A DNA stretch of 64,000 nt, from assembly GCA_963717145.1 (NCBI GenBank), contig OY970325.1:4448001-4512000 (forward strand), given 5' to 3'. This DNA comes from an uncultured Armatimonadetes bacterium. GTDB lineage: Bacteria > Armatimonadota > UBA5829 > DTJY01. Shown here one piece after another: positions 21,901 through 32,524 of this stretch. The position numbers and the translations under genes were made by a program. Position 1 is the first letter of the stretch; every line of letters starts with the position of its first letter. The notes beneath the pieces are model-generated. The model was not told where the DNA came from. It was given only the letters and a program-made list of their open reading frames with translations, and ran no database searches.

Positions 21901-24900
21901 GTATATGTACTGTCTCGACGGCACATTCGCTTGGAATACGACCGGTTTCCCGCCGTCTTCGAAGTATCGGCTACGGGTCGTGTTTCCGAACGACGAGGGC
22001 ATATACGATGGCTCCGATGCCGATTTCTCCGTTGCCGCGGACACGACCCCGCCCCTGATCACTCATTCGCCGCTGCCTGATAGCGGCGACATGTCCGGCC
22101 CATATACTGTGTACGCGGGCGTTACGGATAACTACGCTGTCGGCAACGTGACGCTCTTCTGGAGTAGAAACGGAGGCTCCTTTGCGGCGGTTCCAATGGT
22201 TGCCACTGAGACCCCCGGCCAATTCTCGGGTCAGATTCCCGGCCCGAGCACTGATGGTGATCGGTACTGCTACTACATCAGGGCTGTTGATGCTTCGACG
22301 GCACTCAACGCGGCCACGGATCCGGCCGGCGCCCCGGCTCAGACCTACTGCTTCATCACCCGCACTGTCATCAACTTGCCGGTCAACTTGACGGATGGTG
22401 GTGGCTTCCGGTGGGATATCCAGCAGAACGGCAGCATTCTGGACGGAAGCAGCGACGCATTCGATAGCGGATTCGTTCTCTCCGGCTTCCCGAATGTCTC
22501 GACTGGTGGCTTGGAGGATGGAGGTAGAGAGGTTCTGATCAGCAATGGAGCCACCACGGGCATCCAGGTCAGTCGCAAGATCTACGTTCCGACCGGCAAT
22601 GCATACTGCCGGTTCCTCGAGATCGTCCGGAACCTCGGCGAGACGGCGTCAACACATACTGTGCGCTTGGACACGAATCTCGGATCGGATGCCGCAACCG
22701 TGGTTGCCGGGACTTCCGATGGCGATAGCACATTTGAGACGACCGATCAGTGGATCGTAACGGATGACACCCTCGAAGGCTCGGGTGACCCCGTCGTTAC
22801 GCATGTGATCGGGGGCGCCGGAGCCGTTCAGTCTCCGAGCCAGGTTTCCTTCACACCCGGATTCGTCGGGTATATCTACGATCTGGTGCTGGAGCCGCAG
22901 GAGACCAAGATCATAATGCACTTCGGTGTGCAGGGACAGAGCAGGACTGCCGCTCTCGGCAAAGCCGATCAGATTGCCGGCCTCGCCACTGCGCAGGAGT
23001 GTCTGATGGGAATGACCGTAGATGAGCGCGCGCATGTCGTGAACTTCACGATAATAGGTCGTTCACTGCGCATACTCAGCCCGAACGGTGGCGAGTGGTA
23101 TGAGCCGGGCAGTCCTCTGGCGATCACCTGGGCTACTGCCGGAAGTGACTGGCAGACCGGCGACACGGTGAAACTCGAATCGTCGTCGGACGGTGGCGCG
23201 ACGTGGGCTCCGATCCCGGGTGCGAGCGCGCTGGCGTACAATACCGGCTCGTTCGGTTGGAACACTACCGGCGTCATCTCGTCGGATCGCTACCGAGTCA
23301 GGGTCACGTGGAACGGCGGCAGTGAGATTACCGATGCCTCCGACAGCAACTTCGTGGTATCACAGGACAATCTCTCGCCGTTGATCACTCACACGCCGCT
23401 TGTCGATAACAACAATCTCCCCGGCCCGTATCGGGTCTGCGCCGTTGTCACCGATAAGCTCGGAGTAGCCGGTGTGACACTATACTGGAGTAAGAACGGC
23501 GGCGGGTTTGCCTCCACGCCCATGACCCCTTCAGGTCAGTCGAATGAGTACTGCGCCGATATCCCCGGCCCGAGCGTCGATGGCGATCGGTACTGCTACT
23601 ACATACGCGCCATCGATGGCTCCGTGGCAGGGAACGTATCCGTCAGTCCGAACGGCGCTCCGGCTCAGACACACTGCTTCACCGTATGCCACGTAGTCAG
23701 CCTGCCGATCAACCTGAACGATAGCGAGAGCTTCCTGTGGGATATCCAACAGAATGGAAGCATCCTCATCGGCTCGAACGACGCATTTGATGGTGCATTC
23801 GTCCTGAATGGCTTTGCCAACCAGCCGACCGGTCGCGCGGAGGATGGTGACCGCGAGATAACCATCAACGACGGCGCGAGTTCCGGCATACAGATCACTC
23901 GCAAGGTCTACGTGCCTTCCGATCGGGCCTACGCTCGTTTCCTCGAGATTGTAACCAATGACAGCAGCACTCCCGCTGTGCGCACGGTGAGGATAGACAC
24001 GAATCTGGGATCAGATACCGAGACGGTCGTCGTCGGTACCTCGGACGGGGATACGACCCTCGAGACGACCGACCAGTGGATCGTGACTGACGACGCCGAC
24101 GGCACGGGTGATCCGACGATCACGCATGTCATCGCCGGCATGGCGGCTCCTCAGTCGCCGAGTACGGTGAACCGCAGCGGTGACACCATGCGCTATGAAT
24201 ACGTCCTGAACCTCGCTCCCAATGAGACGAAGATCGTGATGCACTTCGGCGTACAGAGCCCGAATCGGGCATCAGCCCTGGCAAAGGCGTCCCAGTTGGC
24301 GCTTGTGGATGCGTCTCAGAATTCACTGTTTGGCATGACGACCGCAGAGCGCTCGCAGGTGGTGAACTTCGTCACCAGCGGAATGTACCTGCGAGTGAAC
24401 CAGCCGAACGGTGGGGAGAGCTACATCATTGGCGACATTGTGCCCATTCGGTGGGATGCCGTCGGACTGGATTGGAAGTCGGGTGATACAGTGCGGATCG
24501 ACTCCTCGCCGGACAACGGCACGACCTGGATCCCGATCGCCGGAGCCGGAAGCCTGGCATACAATACCGGTTTGTTCAACTGGAATACCACCAGCGTCAC
24601 TCCGTCGAACTCCTATCGGGTCAGGGTCGTCCGGAATGGCGATGCGACCGTGAACGACTCGTCGGACGCCGGGTTCAGGATTGCCGCCGTCCGGGGAACG
24701 CGTGACTGCAAGCTGTATCCCGACGGAGTCCCGGTGGTGTTGAACGCGAAACGCACCAGCGCAGTGTTCGCAGACGGCCTCTACATTCAGGAGGAGGATC
24801 GGTCGTCCGGCATCGGAGTCCTGTATGACGGCCCGACGCCGGCGCTGGGCGATCTTGCGACTGTGAGGGGCCTGATGGTCACGATGGACGGAGAGCGCAT

Positions 24901-25303
24901 GATAGCCGCCGACACGGTGACGTGGACCGATCCCGATGCTCTCGTGCCGATCCCGATCGGTATGAACAATCGAGAGGTCGGTGGCTCCGCGCTTGACTAT
25001 CAGCTCGGTCCACCACCGACCGGGCAGAAAGGCCTCCTCGGTAAGGCCGGCCTGAACAACATCGGCCTGCTGGTCAAGACCTGGGGCAGGGTGACCTCCG
25101 TGGACGGCGCGCCGACGTTCATCACAATCACGGATGGCTCCGGCGAGTTGATGGTCGATCTGGTGGCCGGAGCGACCGTCCCCGCTGTCGATGACAAGGT
25201 GAGCGTGATCGGTATCAGTTCGTGCTATGCGGTTGGCGGAGACCTGTATTCGAAGATCAGGCTTCGGGATGTCGCCGGCCTGGTCATCCAGACCGGGCCG
25301 TAG
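15901..25303 (+). CDS. Giant exported multidomain S8 serine peptidase (~3130 aa) with two subtilase domains; two apparent frameshifts (~16000, ~16450)
   Basis: GTG start plus signal peptide; propeptide IIVKF...VEYAEPDY; triad 1 VIDTG/HGTHVAG/GTSMACPHVAG; triad 2 VIDSG/HGTHVAG/GTSMSAPYVAG; five PNGGE/PDGGE beta modules; C-terminal GLNNIGLLVKTWG domain. Confidence 0.9.
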
Positions 25304-25337
25304 GTCGGTGAACGGTGATCGGTGAACGGTGAACAGT
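25304..25337. repeat. Heptamer tandem tract (GTGAACG/GTGATCG)
   Basis: GTCGGTGAACGGTGATCGGTGAACGGTGAACAGT directly after the stop codon. Confidence 0.7.
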
Positions 25338-25446
25338 GCAGGACCGTCCTTGCACTGTGTTGGATATCCCACCACAAGGAAATGCCCGGCTGCCCGTTGA
25401 AGAAGTAGGGGGCACACGACCGAGTCCGCAGTCTCCCGAGGTTTCA

Positions 25447-26889
25447 ATGCGCGCACTGGAGCAGTTCTCATTCCTCTTCTCCCAGGACGGCGGGTATCTG
25501 CGCATCCCTATCTGGGGGCATATCCCGCTCAGCCATTCCGCACGCCGGATCATAGGGCACCCCGACTTCGTCAGGCTTCAGAGGATCCGGCAGCTCGGCT
25601 TTGTGAATGATGTCTTCCCCGGGGCGTCACACACTCGCTTCGAGCATTCGATCGGGACATATCATCTGTCGGTCCTGATTCTTCAGAGGCTCGTGTTGAA
25701 CCCGTCCAACTGGCGAAACGAAAGCGATCCCTGCATCAGCCCGGAGGACGCGCGACTGTTCCTGGCGGCGGCACTGCTCCACGACATCGGGCACTATCCG
25801 TTCGCGCATCTGGTGGATACTCTTCCGAGTACGAGTATGAGTATGAGTATGAGTAGGAGTAGGAGTGAGAGCAAGGCGTTCGCGTCGCACGAGGACCGGG
25901 CGACGGAGTACATCGGTGGCGATCGGTCGGCGGGCAGCATATACTCGATCCTCAGAGATGAATGGGGGATCGGCGACCCGGCGCAGGTGGCGCGGATCAT
26001 CGCCGAGCCGGAGGACTCGGGCCTTCCCGGCCGGATGCTGAGCGGGATCCTCGACCCGGACAAGATGGACTACCTGATGCGCGACGCGTGGGCGTGCGGC
26101 GTCCCATACGGCAACATAGACACCGACCGGCTGATCGAATCCCTCGTTCTCGACCTCGATGGACCGAATCAACGTCTCGGGATCACCGAGAAAGGCATCG
26201 CGCCGCTCGAAAGCCTTGTGTTCGCCAAGTACATGATGTTCCGCCACATCTACTGGCACCACGCCGTCCGGATCGCCGTCGCCATGTTCACTCGCTTCGT
26301 CCAGGACGCGCTCGATGCAGGGGAGGTAGACCCCTCGCGATTCTATGAGCTGTCCGATGACGCCCTGATCGAGGAACTGGCGTCCACAGCGGATCGGGTG
26401 ATCTCCGGCGATCTGCTCATCAGGGTCAGGACCCGCGACCTGTACAAGCGCGGGTTCACGCTCTACCCCGAGCATCCCGCCGGCGAGGAGGAGTTCGCCC
26501 TCTCGCAGGACGAGATGGAGCGCGTGAAGGAGCTGTACCGGCATCCGGAGCAGCGCCGGGAGCGGGAGATCGCCGTCTGCCGCCTGCTCAGCGAGCGAGA
26601 GGGGCTCGATCTGGCCGGGTTCGAGGTCCTGCTCGACATCCCGCGGCTCGCAAGTGTGTTCGACGTGGATGATTTCCGCGACTTGCGCGTCCTCGTGACA
26701 CCCCAGACCGGCGGCGAAGGGCGGTTCGTGCCATTCAACTCGTTCGGGTTCACGCTCCTGACCGCCGACTTCGCCCAGGAGTTCGAGCGCTACAGCCGCC
26801 GCCTGCAGGTGATCTGTCGACCGGACCTCCGCGATGCTCTCCGCCGTCACTGGCGCGAGGTGAAGGCAGCGGTCGTGGGGAATGGTTGA
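25447..26889 (+). CDS. HD-superfamily phosphohydrolase (SAMHD1/dNTPase-like)
   Basis: RLQRIRQLG, HTRFEHSIG, AALLHDIGHYPF, LDPDKMDYLMRD, MFRHIYWHH. Confidence 0.9.
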   Translation: MRALEQFSFLFSQDGGYLRIPIWGHIPLSHSARRIIGHPDFVRLQRIRQLGFVNDVFPGASHTRFEHSIGTYHLSVLILQRLVLNPSNWRNESDPCISPEDARLFLAAALLHDIGHYPFAHLVDTLPSTSMSMSMSRSRSESKAFASHEDRATEYIGGDRSAGSIYSILRDEWGIGDPAQVARIIAEPEDSGLPGRMLSGILDPDKMDYLMRDAWACGVPYGNIDTDRLIESLVLDLDGPNQRLGITEKGIAPLESLVFAKYMMFRHIYWHHAVRIAVAMFTRFVQDALDAGEVDPSRFYELSDDALIEELASTADRVISGDLLIRVRTRDLYKRGFTLYPEHPAGEEEFALSQDEMERVKELYRHPEQRREREIAVCRLLSEREGLDLAGFEVLLDIPRLASVFDVDDFRDLRVLVTPQTGGEGRFVPFNSFGFTLLTADFAQEFERYSRRLQVICRPDLRDALRRHWREVKAAVVGNG

Positions 26890-26897
26890 TGGAGGTC

Positions 26898-27000
26898 TTG
26901 GGTTGTAGGTTGTAGGTTATGGGTTACGGGTTACGGGTTACGGGTTACGGGGATACCCAGAACCTACAACCCCAAAACCCATAACCTGGAACCCACAACG
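26898..27000. repeat. Inverted heptamer tracts between convergent genes
   Basis: (GGTTGTA/GGTTACG)n facing (AACCTAC/AACCCAT)n. Confidence 0.75.
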
Positions 27001-27006
27001 TGACAC

Positions 27007-28914
27007 CTAAGGAACGATCTTCCGCACATCCTCCGGCCTGCGGGTGAGGATGCGGCGTGCCGTCCCGGAAGGCGTCCAGAGGCAGGAACTGATGCCGGTG
27101 ACCTCGACCTTCTCGCCGCTGGAGTACCCCGCCGGGTCGCAGATCACCCGCACCCCGAGGTTCTCCGTCTCGCCGGTCGAAGTCCCATCCCTCAGCCTCG
27201 ACCCGTCGTCGATGTACAGATATCCCTCTCCTACCTGGGTCACCGATCCCCACGTGCGGACGAACAGTCCGATGTTGTTGAGCCCCAATGCGCCGAAGAT
27301 GCCTGCCTGTCCCCCGCCCGTGCCCGGATCAAAGGGCACTCCACCTATAGTCCGGTTGTTCAGTCCCACGGGCCTCAGAGGCAGGCTGTCTATGCGTCTG
27401 ACGTTCGACGCATTGATATAGCGCTCGCCGTTGTCATCTGTGGCCAGAGTCCCGTCAACGTGATACCGGTCACCCTCGGTGACCGGGTTGCCCCACAGGA
27501 CCTTGATGCCGGTGGATCTATCCGCATCCTCTGCGTAGAAAAGGCCGGGCAGCGCGCAGGTGGCCGTATTGCCTGAGAGGGTTGCCCCAATCCCGTCCGA
27601 CAGGGCCTTCGTGCGGGCCAGGCCCCACCTGTCGCGCACGAAGACGCCCCATGCCCCGTTCGTGTCGCCGGGAACCAGGTAGGAGGCGTCGGATTCGAAC
27701 GCCACGTACCGCCCGTCCGCGCTGATGGCGGGTACTCTGCTGTCCCCGTTCCCCTGCGTCCCGCCGCTCGACACGGAGACCCTCTCGGTGACGCCGGTCT
27801 GCCGGTGGCGCACGAAGATGTCGGATGTCCCGTTCGTGTCGCCGGGGACCAGGTTGGAGGCATAGGACGAGAGCGCCACGTACCGCCCGTCCCCGCTGAT
27901 CGAGGGCGCGTAGCTGATCGAGTTCCCCTGCGTCCCATCGCTCGATACGGAGACTCTCTCGGTAACGCCGGTCTGCTGGTCGCGCACGAAGACGTCGTAT
28001 GTCCCGTTCGTGTCGCCGGGGACCAGGTTGGAGGCATAGGACATGAACGCCACGTACCGCCCGTCCGCGCTGATGGCGGGGTGCTGGCTGTTGTTCTTCC
28101 CCTGCGTCCCGCCGCTCGACACGGAGACCCTCTCGGTGACGCCGGTCTGCCGGTCATGCACAAACACGTCATATGATATGTTGGTGTCGCCGGGGACCAG
28201 GTTGGTGGCCCGGGACTCGAACGCCACGTACCGCCCGTCCGCGCTGATGAAGGGATAGTAGCTGTACTGGTTCCCCTGCGCACCGTCACTGGACACGGAG
28301 ACCCTCTCTGTGACACCGGTCTGTCGGTCGTGGACGAAGATGTCATTACTGCCGTTCGTGTCGCCGGGGACCAGGTTGGTGGCATCTGACTCGAACGCCA
28401 CATACCGCCCGTCCGCGCTGATGGAGGGCTCATAGCTCCTGCCGTTCCCGTGCGCGCCGTCGCTCGACACGGACACCACCTCGATGGCGCCGGTCTGCCG
28501 GTCGCGCACGAAGATGTCCCTCCGTTCGTGCCGCCGGGAACGAGGTTCGTAATAAAGGAGAGGAACGCCACGAACCGCCCGTCCGCGCTGATGGCGGGCT
28601 CATAGCTGGTGTTGTTCCCCTGCGCGCCATCGCTCGGGCACCGATACCCTCTCGGTAACGCCGGTCTGTCGGTCGCATACGAAGACATCTGATAGGTTGT
28701 TGTTGTCCCCGGGGGCCAGGTTGGGGGCATCGCTGTGGAACGCCACGAACCGCCCGTCCGCGCTGATGCGAGAGTGGCAGCCAATGATGTTCGCCTGCGG
28801 GCCGTCGTCTATCACGGAGACACAGGTAGTGACGCCGGCGTGGGCATGAGAGAAGGCGAGCGCGAGAATGCACACGCATACTAGGATGGGAAAGAACCTG
28901 CCGCTCGAACGCAT
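27007..28914 (-). CDS. Exported TolB-like/PD40 beta-propeller repeat protein with GLNNIGL C-terminal domain; two apparent frameshifts (~28635, ~28520)
   Basis: Signal peptide; seven ~60-aa repeats PSISADGRYVAFES.ATNLVPGDTNG..DVFVRDRQTGVTERVSV across three frames. Confidence 0.85.
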
Positions 28915-29057
28915 GTTATTACTCCTTGCCTGGCCGCACATGGCAGTGCGGTCGGAGATAAGTCATGCCGGGTCGGAGGTGCTGACCCAACACCAGTTTA
29001 CTACTGCTCACGGCATCTGTCAACAAATGGCGCGAAAAACTGGTAAGAATACCGGGG

Positions 29058-29100
29058 GGAGGGAGTATGGGAGTGTGGGGGTGTGGGAGTATGGGAGTGC
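29058..29100. repeat. Octamer tandem tract (GGGAGTAT/GGGAGTGT) upstream of proS
   Basis: GGGAGTATGGGAGTGTGGGGGTGTGGGAGTATGGGAGTG; same unit as the in-frame tract at 47264-47346. Confidence 0.75.
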
Positions 29101-29155
29101 GGATGGGAGGACGGGGGCGCTTCGTTGGCGAAGATTGCAGCGGAGGTATCGGACA

Positions 29156-30850
29156 TTGCGCTATTCAAGACTATTTGCGCCGACGCTGAGAGAAGTGCCG
29201 GCTGATGTAGAGATGAGGAGCCATGCGCTCCTGCTGCGGGCGGGGTTCATACGCCAACTCGCGGCGGGGGTGTACGAGTTTCTGCCGTTGGGATGGCGGG
29301 TGCTCAACAAGGTCTCGGACATCATCCGCGATGAGATGGACAAGGCCGGCGCTCAGGAGCTTCTGCTCTCGACGCTCACTCCGCAGGAACTCTGGGCGGA
29401 GAGCGGTCGGGAAGCGACGATGAGCGATGTGCTACTCGGCCTCGAGGACCGCAAGGGCACGAAGTACTACCTCGGGCCGACGCATGAGGAGGTCATCACT
29501 GACATCGTTCGGCGGGGCGTCCAGTCGTACCGCGATCTGCCGCTCCATCTCTACCAGATCCAGATGAAGTTTCGCGACGAGCCGAGACCGAGGGGTGGAT
29601 TGGTCCGCGCGCGGGAGTTCCTGATGAAGGATGGCTACTCCTTCGACCGCGATGAGGCCGGGCTCGACGCCGAGTACAACAAGATGTTCGATACCTACAC
29701 AAACATCTTCAAGCGATGCGGGCTGCCGGTGATCGCGGTCGATGCGAGCGGCGGCGCGATCGGTGGCAAGGAGACGAAGGAGTTCATGCTCCTCACCGAC
29801 GCCGGCGAGGATTCGATCCTGCTCTGCCCGCAGTGCGGTTATGCGGCAAACCAGGAGATCGCCGACTTCCGGCTCGTCGTCGCTGAGCCTTCTGAAGCGC
29901 TCAAACCAATGGAGAAGGTGAGTACACCCGGCGCGCATACCGTCGATGAGGTCTGCGAGTTCCTGCACACCCACGCTGAGCGGCTCGTCAAGACGCTGAT
30001 CTGCATCGCTGACGGGAAGCCGGTCGCGGCGCTCGTGAGGGGCGATCGTGACCTGAATGAGGGCCGGTTCCGCGTGCTCCTCGGCGCGTCGAAGCTCGAG
30101 ATGGCGACTCCCGAGCAGATCCTCGAGGCGACCGGCGGCCCGGTCGGATTCAGCGGCCCGGTCGGCCTGAAGATCCCCACGTATGGCGATGAGGAACTCA
30201 AGGGCATGGTCAACTTCATCACCGGCGCGAACGAGGCCGATGCGCACCTGATCAACGTCAACTGGACCGATGTGGATGGGCACATCACCTGGTCACGGCT
30301 GAGGTTCGCGGTCGCCGGCGACGTCTGCGAGTGCTGCGGGACGGGTTTCGACGAGAAGCGCGGGATGGAGATGGGCCACATCTTCAAGCTCCGATACGCG
30401 ATCTCCGAGCCGCTGAATGCGACGTTCACCGATGAGGACGGCACGGACAAGCTGATGATCATGGGGTGCTACGGCATCGGGGTCAGCCGGATGCTTTCGG
30501 CGATCGCGGAGGTCAGCAACGACGACAACGGGCTGATCTGGCCGGTCAGCATTGCGCCGTATCAGGTTCACCTGATCTGCGCCAACGTGACCGACGAGAC
30601 CCAGCGCGCGCTCGCGGAGAAGGTCTACGCCGACCTGACCACTGCTGGCATCGAGGTGCTCTACGACGACCGCGACGAGCGTGCGGGGGTGAAGTTCAAG
30701 GACGCGGACCTCATCGGCATCCCGATCCAGATCGTCGCCGGCAAGCTCGCCTCCGAGGGCAAGGTCGAGGTCCGCGACCGCACGACCAAGGCCTCCGAGC
30801 CGGTCGCCGCGAGCGAGGTCGTCGGCAACGTCAAAGGTCGCATTGTATGA
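29156..30850 (+). CDS. proS: Proline--tRNA ligase (bacterial type with editing domain)
   Basis: SHALLLRAGFIRQ, LGPTHEE, KFRDEPRPRGGL.RAREFLMKDGYSF, MGCYGIGVSR, GVKFKDADLIGIP; TTG start after GGAGG. Confidence 0.97.
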   Translation: MRYSRLFAPTLREVPADVEMRSHALLLRAGFIRQLAAGVYEFLPLGWRVLNKVSDIIRDEMDKAGAQELLLSTLTPQELWAESGREATMSDVLLGLEDRKGTKYYLGPTHEEVITDIVRRGVQSYRDLPLHLYQIQMKFRDEPRPRGGLVRAREFLMKDGYSFDRDEAGLDAEYNKMFDTYTNIFKRCGLPVIAVDASGGAIGGKETKEFMLLTDAGEDSILLCPQCGYAANQEIADFRLVVAEPSEALKPMEKVSTPGAHTVDEVCEFLHTHAERLVKTLICIADGKPVAALVRGDRDLNEGRFRVLLGASKLEMATPEQILEATGGPVGFSGPVGLKIPTYGDEELKGMVNFITGANEADAHLINVNWTDVDGHITWSRLRFAVAGDVCECCGTGFDEKRGMEMGHIFKLRYAISEPLNATFTDEDGTDKLMIMGCYGIGVSRMLSAIAEVSNDDNGLIWPVSIAPYQVHLICANVTDETQRALAEKVYADLTTAGIEVLYDDRDERAGVKFKDADLIGIPIQIVAGKLASEGKVEVRDRTTKASEPVAASEVVGNVKGRIV

Positions 30851-30863
30851 CAACCAGCCACGC

Positions 30864-30959
30864 GATGCTTCGGTAGCAGAGGCCTGGCGGCGCTGCCGAT
30901 GCATGTCACGGCACCACGGTGCATCGGCAGCGCCGCCAGGCCTCTGCTACCGAAGCATC
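30864..30959. repeat. Inverted REP pair upstream of RAYT
   Basis: GATGCTTCGGTAGCAGAGGCCTGGCGGCGCTGCCGATGCA...TGCATCGGCAGCGCCGCCAGGCCTCTGCTACCGAAGCATC. Confidence 0.9.
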
Positions 30960-30975
30960 TGGAGGGGCGGTACAT

Positions 30976-31455
30976 ATGAGCAGATGGCACAACAACTATG
31001 TAGACGGGTATGCTCACTTCTGCACGTTCACGGTGCGGGCCTGGAAGCCACTGCTCGTTGGCAAGGCCGTAGATACGCTCTACGATGAGTGGACGAAGGC
31101 AAGCGCCAGGTTCTCCGTGAGCATACTTGCCTACGTGATCATGCCTGAGCATGTGCATGTGCTCTTGTGGTCGCCCCTGGGGAGAAACATAACCGTGTTC
31201 CTTCAGCGCACATTGGGAGAGATGTCCAAGCGGCTCTGTCCTGGTGAAGGCGGAATGTGGAAAGAGAGGCCGAGGGTCTTCCCCGTCTACTCCGAGTCGG
31301 TGATCAAGGAGAAAGTGGAGTACATCCATCGCAACCCTGTGAGACGAGGGCTTGTAGATGATGCGAGCGCGTGGCCACACTCGAGCTTACGGCAGTTGGC
31401 AACAGGGGACACAGAGGTACCATTTCTCTGCGATGCATTCCCTTCGCCCAAATGA
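30976..31455 (+). mobile_element. REP-associated tyrosine transposase (RAYT, Y1/HUH family)
   Basis: HFCTFTV, AYVIMPEHVHVLL (HUH), EYIHRNPVRRGLV...WPHSS (catalytic Tyr); flanked on both sides by REP pairs. Confidence 0.9.
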
Positions 31456-31465
31456 TCCGTGAGGC

Positions 31466-31846
31466 GATGCTTCGGTAGCAGAGGCTTGGCGGCGCTGCCG
31501 AAGGCTACCGTCACAAGGCCGATGCTTCGGCAGCGCCGCCAAGCCTCTGCTACCGAAGCATCTAGAAAACACACCGATCGAGTGCGCGACCGATGCATCG
31601 GCAGCGCCGCCGAGCCTCTGCTACCGAAGCATCTAGAAAACACGCCGATCTACTGCGCGACCGATGCATCGGCAGCGCCGCCAAGCCTCTGCTACCGAAG
31701 CATCTAGAAAACACACAGATCGAGTGCGCGACCGATGGATCGGCAGCGCCGCCAGGCCTCTGCTACCGAAGCATCTAGAAAACACACCGATCGACTGCGC
31801 GACCGATGCATCGGCAGCGCCGCCAAGCCTCTGCTACCGAAGCATC
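31466..31846. repeat. REP array (BIME-like): one inverted copy plus five direct copies at 71-bp period
   Basis: Units start at 31521, 31592, 31663, 31734, 31805; the 29-bp linkers TAGAAAACAC..CGCGACC are nearly identical. Confidence 0.92.
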
Positions 31847-31931
31847 GGGTGGTCCCTGGGCTTTGTGAGAGGATAAGCCTCCATAACATGGAACAATACA
31901 TCGGGCGCACCTGCCCAGGGAGGATTTGCTC

Positions 31932-32276
31932 ATGTTCATCATCTTCGGAACTAGGTACCGGGTAAAGCAACTCGGGCAGGATATGCAGGCTTGCCTTCGC
32001 TGCGGGCGTGAGACCGTGCACACAACCCTGACGCGCCAGATGTGGTTCACATTGTTCTTCATCCCCGTATTCCCGATCAGCAAGAACAGCACCCTTCAGG
32101 TCTGCAACCTGTGCGGGCAGATGACCGAAGTAGCCCAGGTGAATCCGGCTCTCGTTTCCGCCGGTCCGATCACCAAGAGCTGCCCCAACTGCGCCAAGCC
32201 AATGCTCGCAGAAGACGCGATTTGTTCCTACTGTGGGCATCTGACGAGCGGCTACGAAGGGGAGCTATCGGCTTGA
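31932..32276 (+). CDS. Zinc-ribbon domain protein
   Basis: MFIIFG...CLRC...WFTLFFIPVFP...CNLC...CPNC...CSYC. Confidence 0.8.
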   Translation: MFIIFGTRYRVKQLGQDMQACLRCGRETVHTTLTRQMWFTLFFIPVFPISKNSTLQVCNLCGQMTEVAQVNPALVSAGPITKSCPNCAKPMLAEDAICSYCGHLTSGYEGELSA

Positions 32277-32524
32277 TCGAGCAGCAAGGGTCTCCGCGCG
32301 ATGCGGAGACCCCCGCCTGTGGTGGCCCGACATCACCTGCCCCCCATGTCGGCCGTTTCTCCGGTCCGCGACCTTACAGCCGCGAGGGCCTGCGCGGCGA
32401 CGAACGTCTCCTCACCCACTCCTCTGAGTGAACGGCTTTGCCTCCAACGCCGCCTGTGCTCGCGGAAGGATAACCGTGGGGCAGGTGGAACAGTATGGTA
32501 GATTGCCAACCAAGGAGCCACCAC

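Noticed and set aside
27630-28790. Diversity-generating retroelement TR/VR pair
   Set aside because: These are ordinary ~180-bp propeller coding repeats; there is no reverse transcriptase and no adenine-specific pattern evident.
28868-29155. Long N-terminal extensions from the ORF track (proS; also ruvB, ahpC, HD protein, GH at 40024, VWA at 53999)
   Set aside because: They run through repeats or neighbouring genes; downstream starts fit SD position or family N-termini better.
31521-31846. CRISPR array
   Set aside because: The 29-bp linkers are nearly identical, the unit also occurs inverted around a RAYT, and no cas genes are present.
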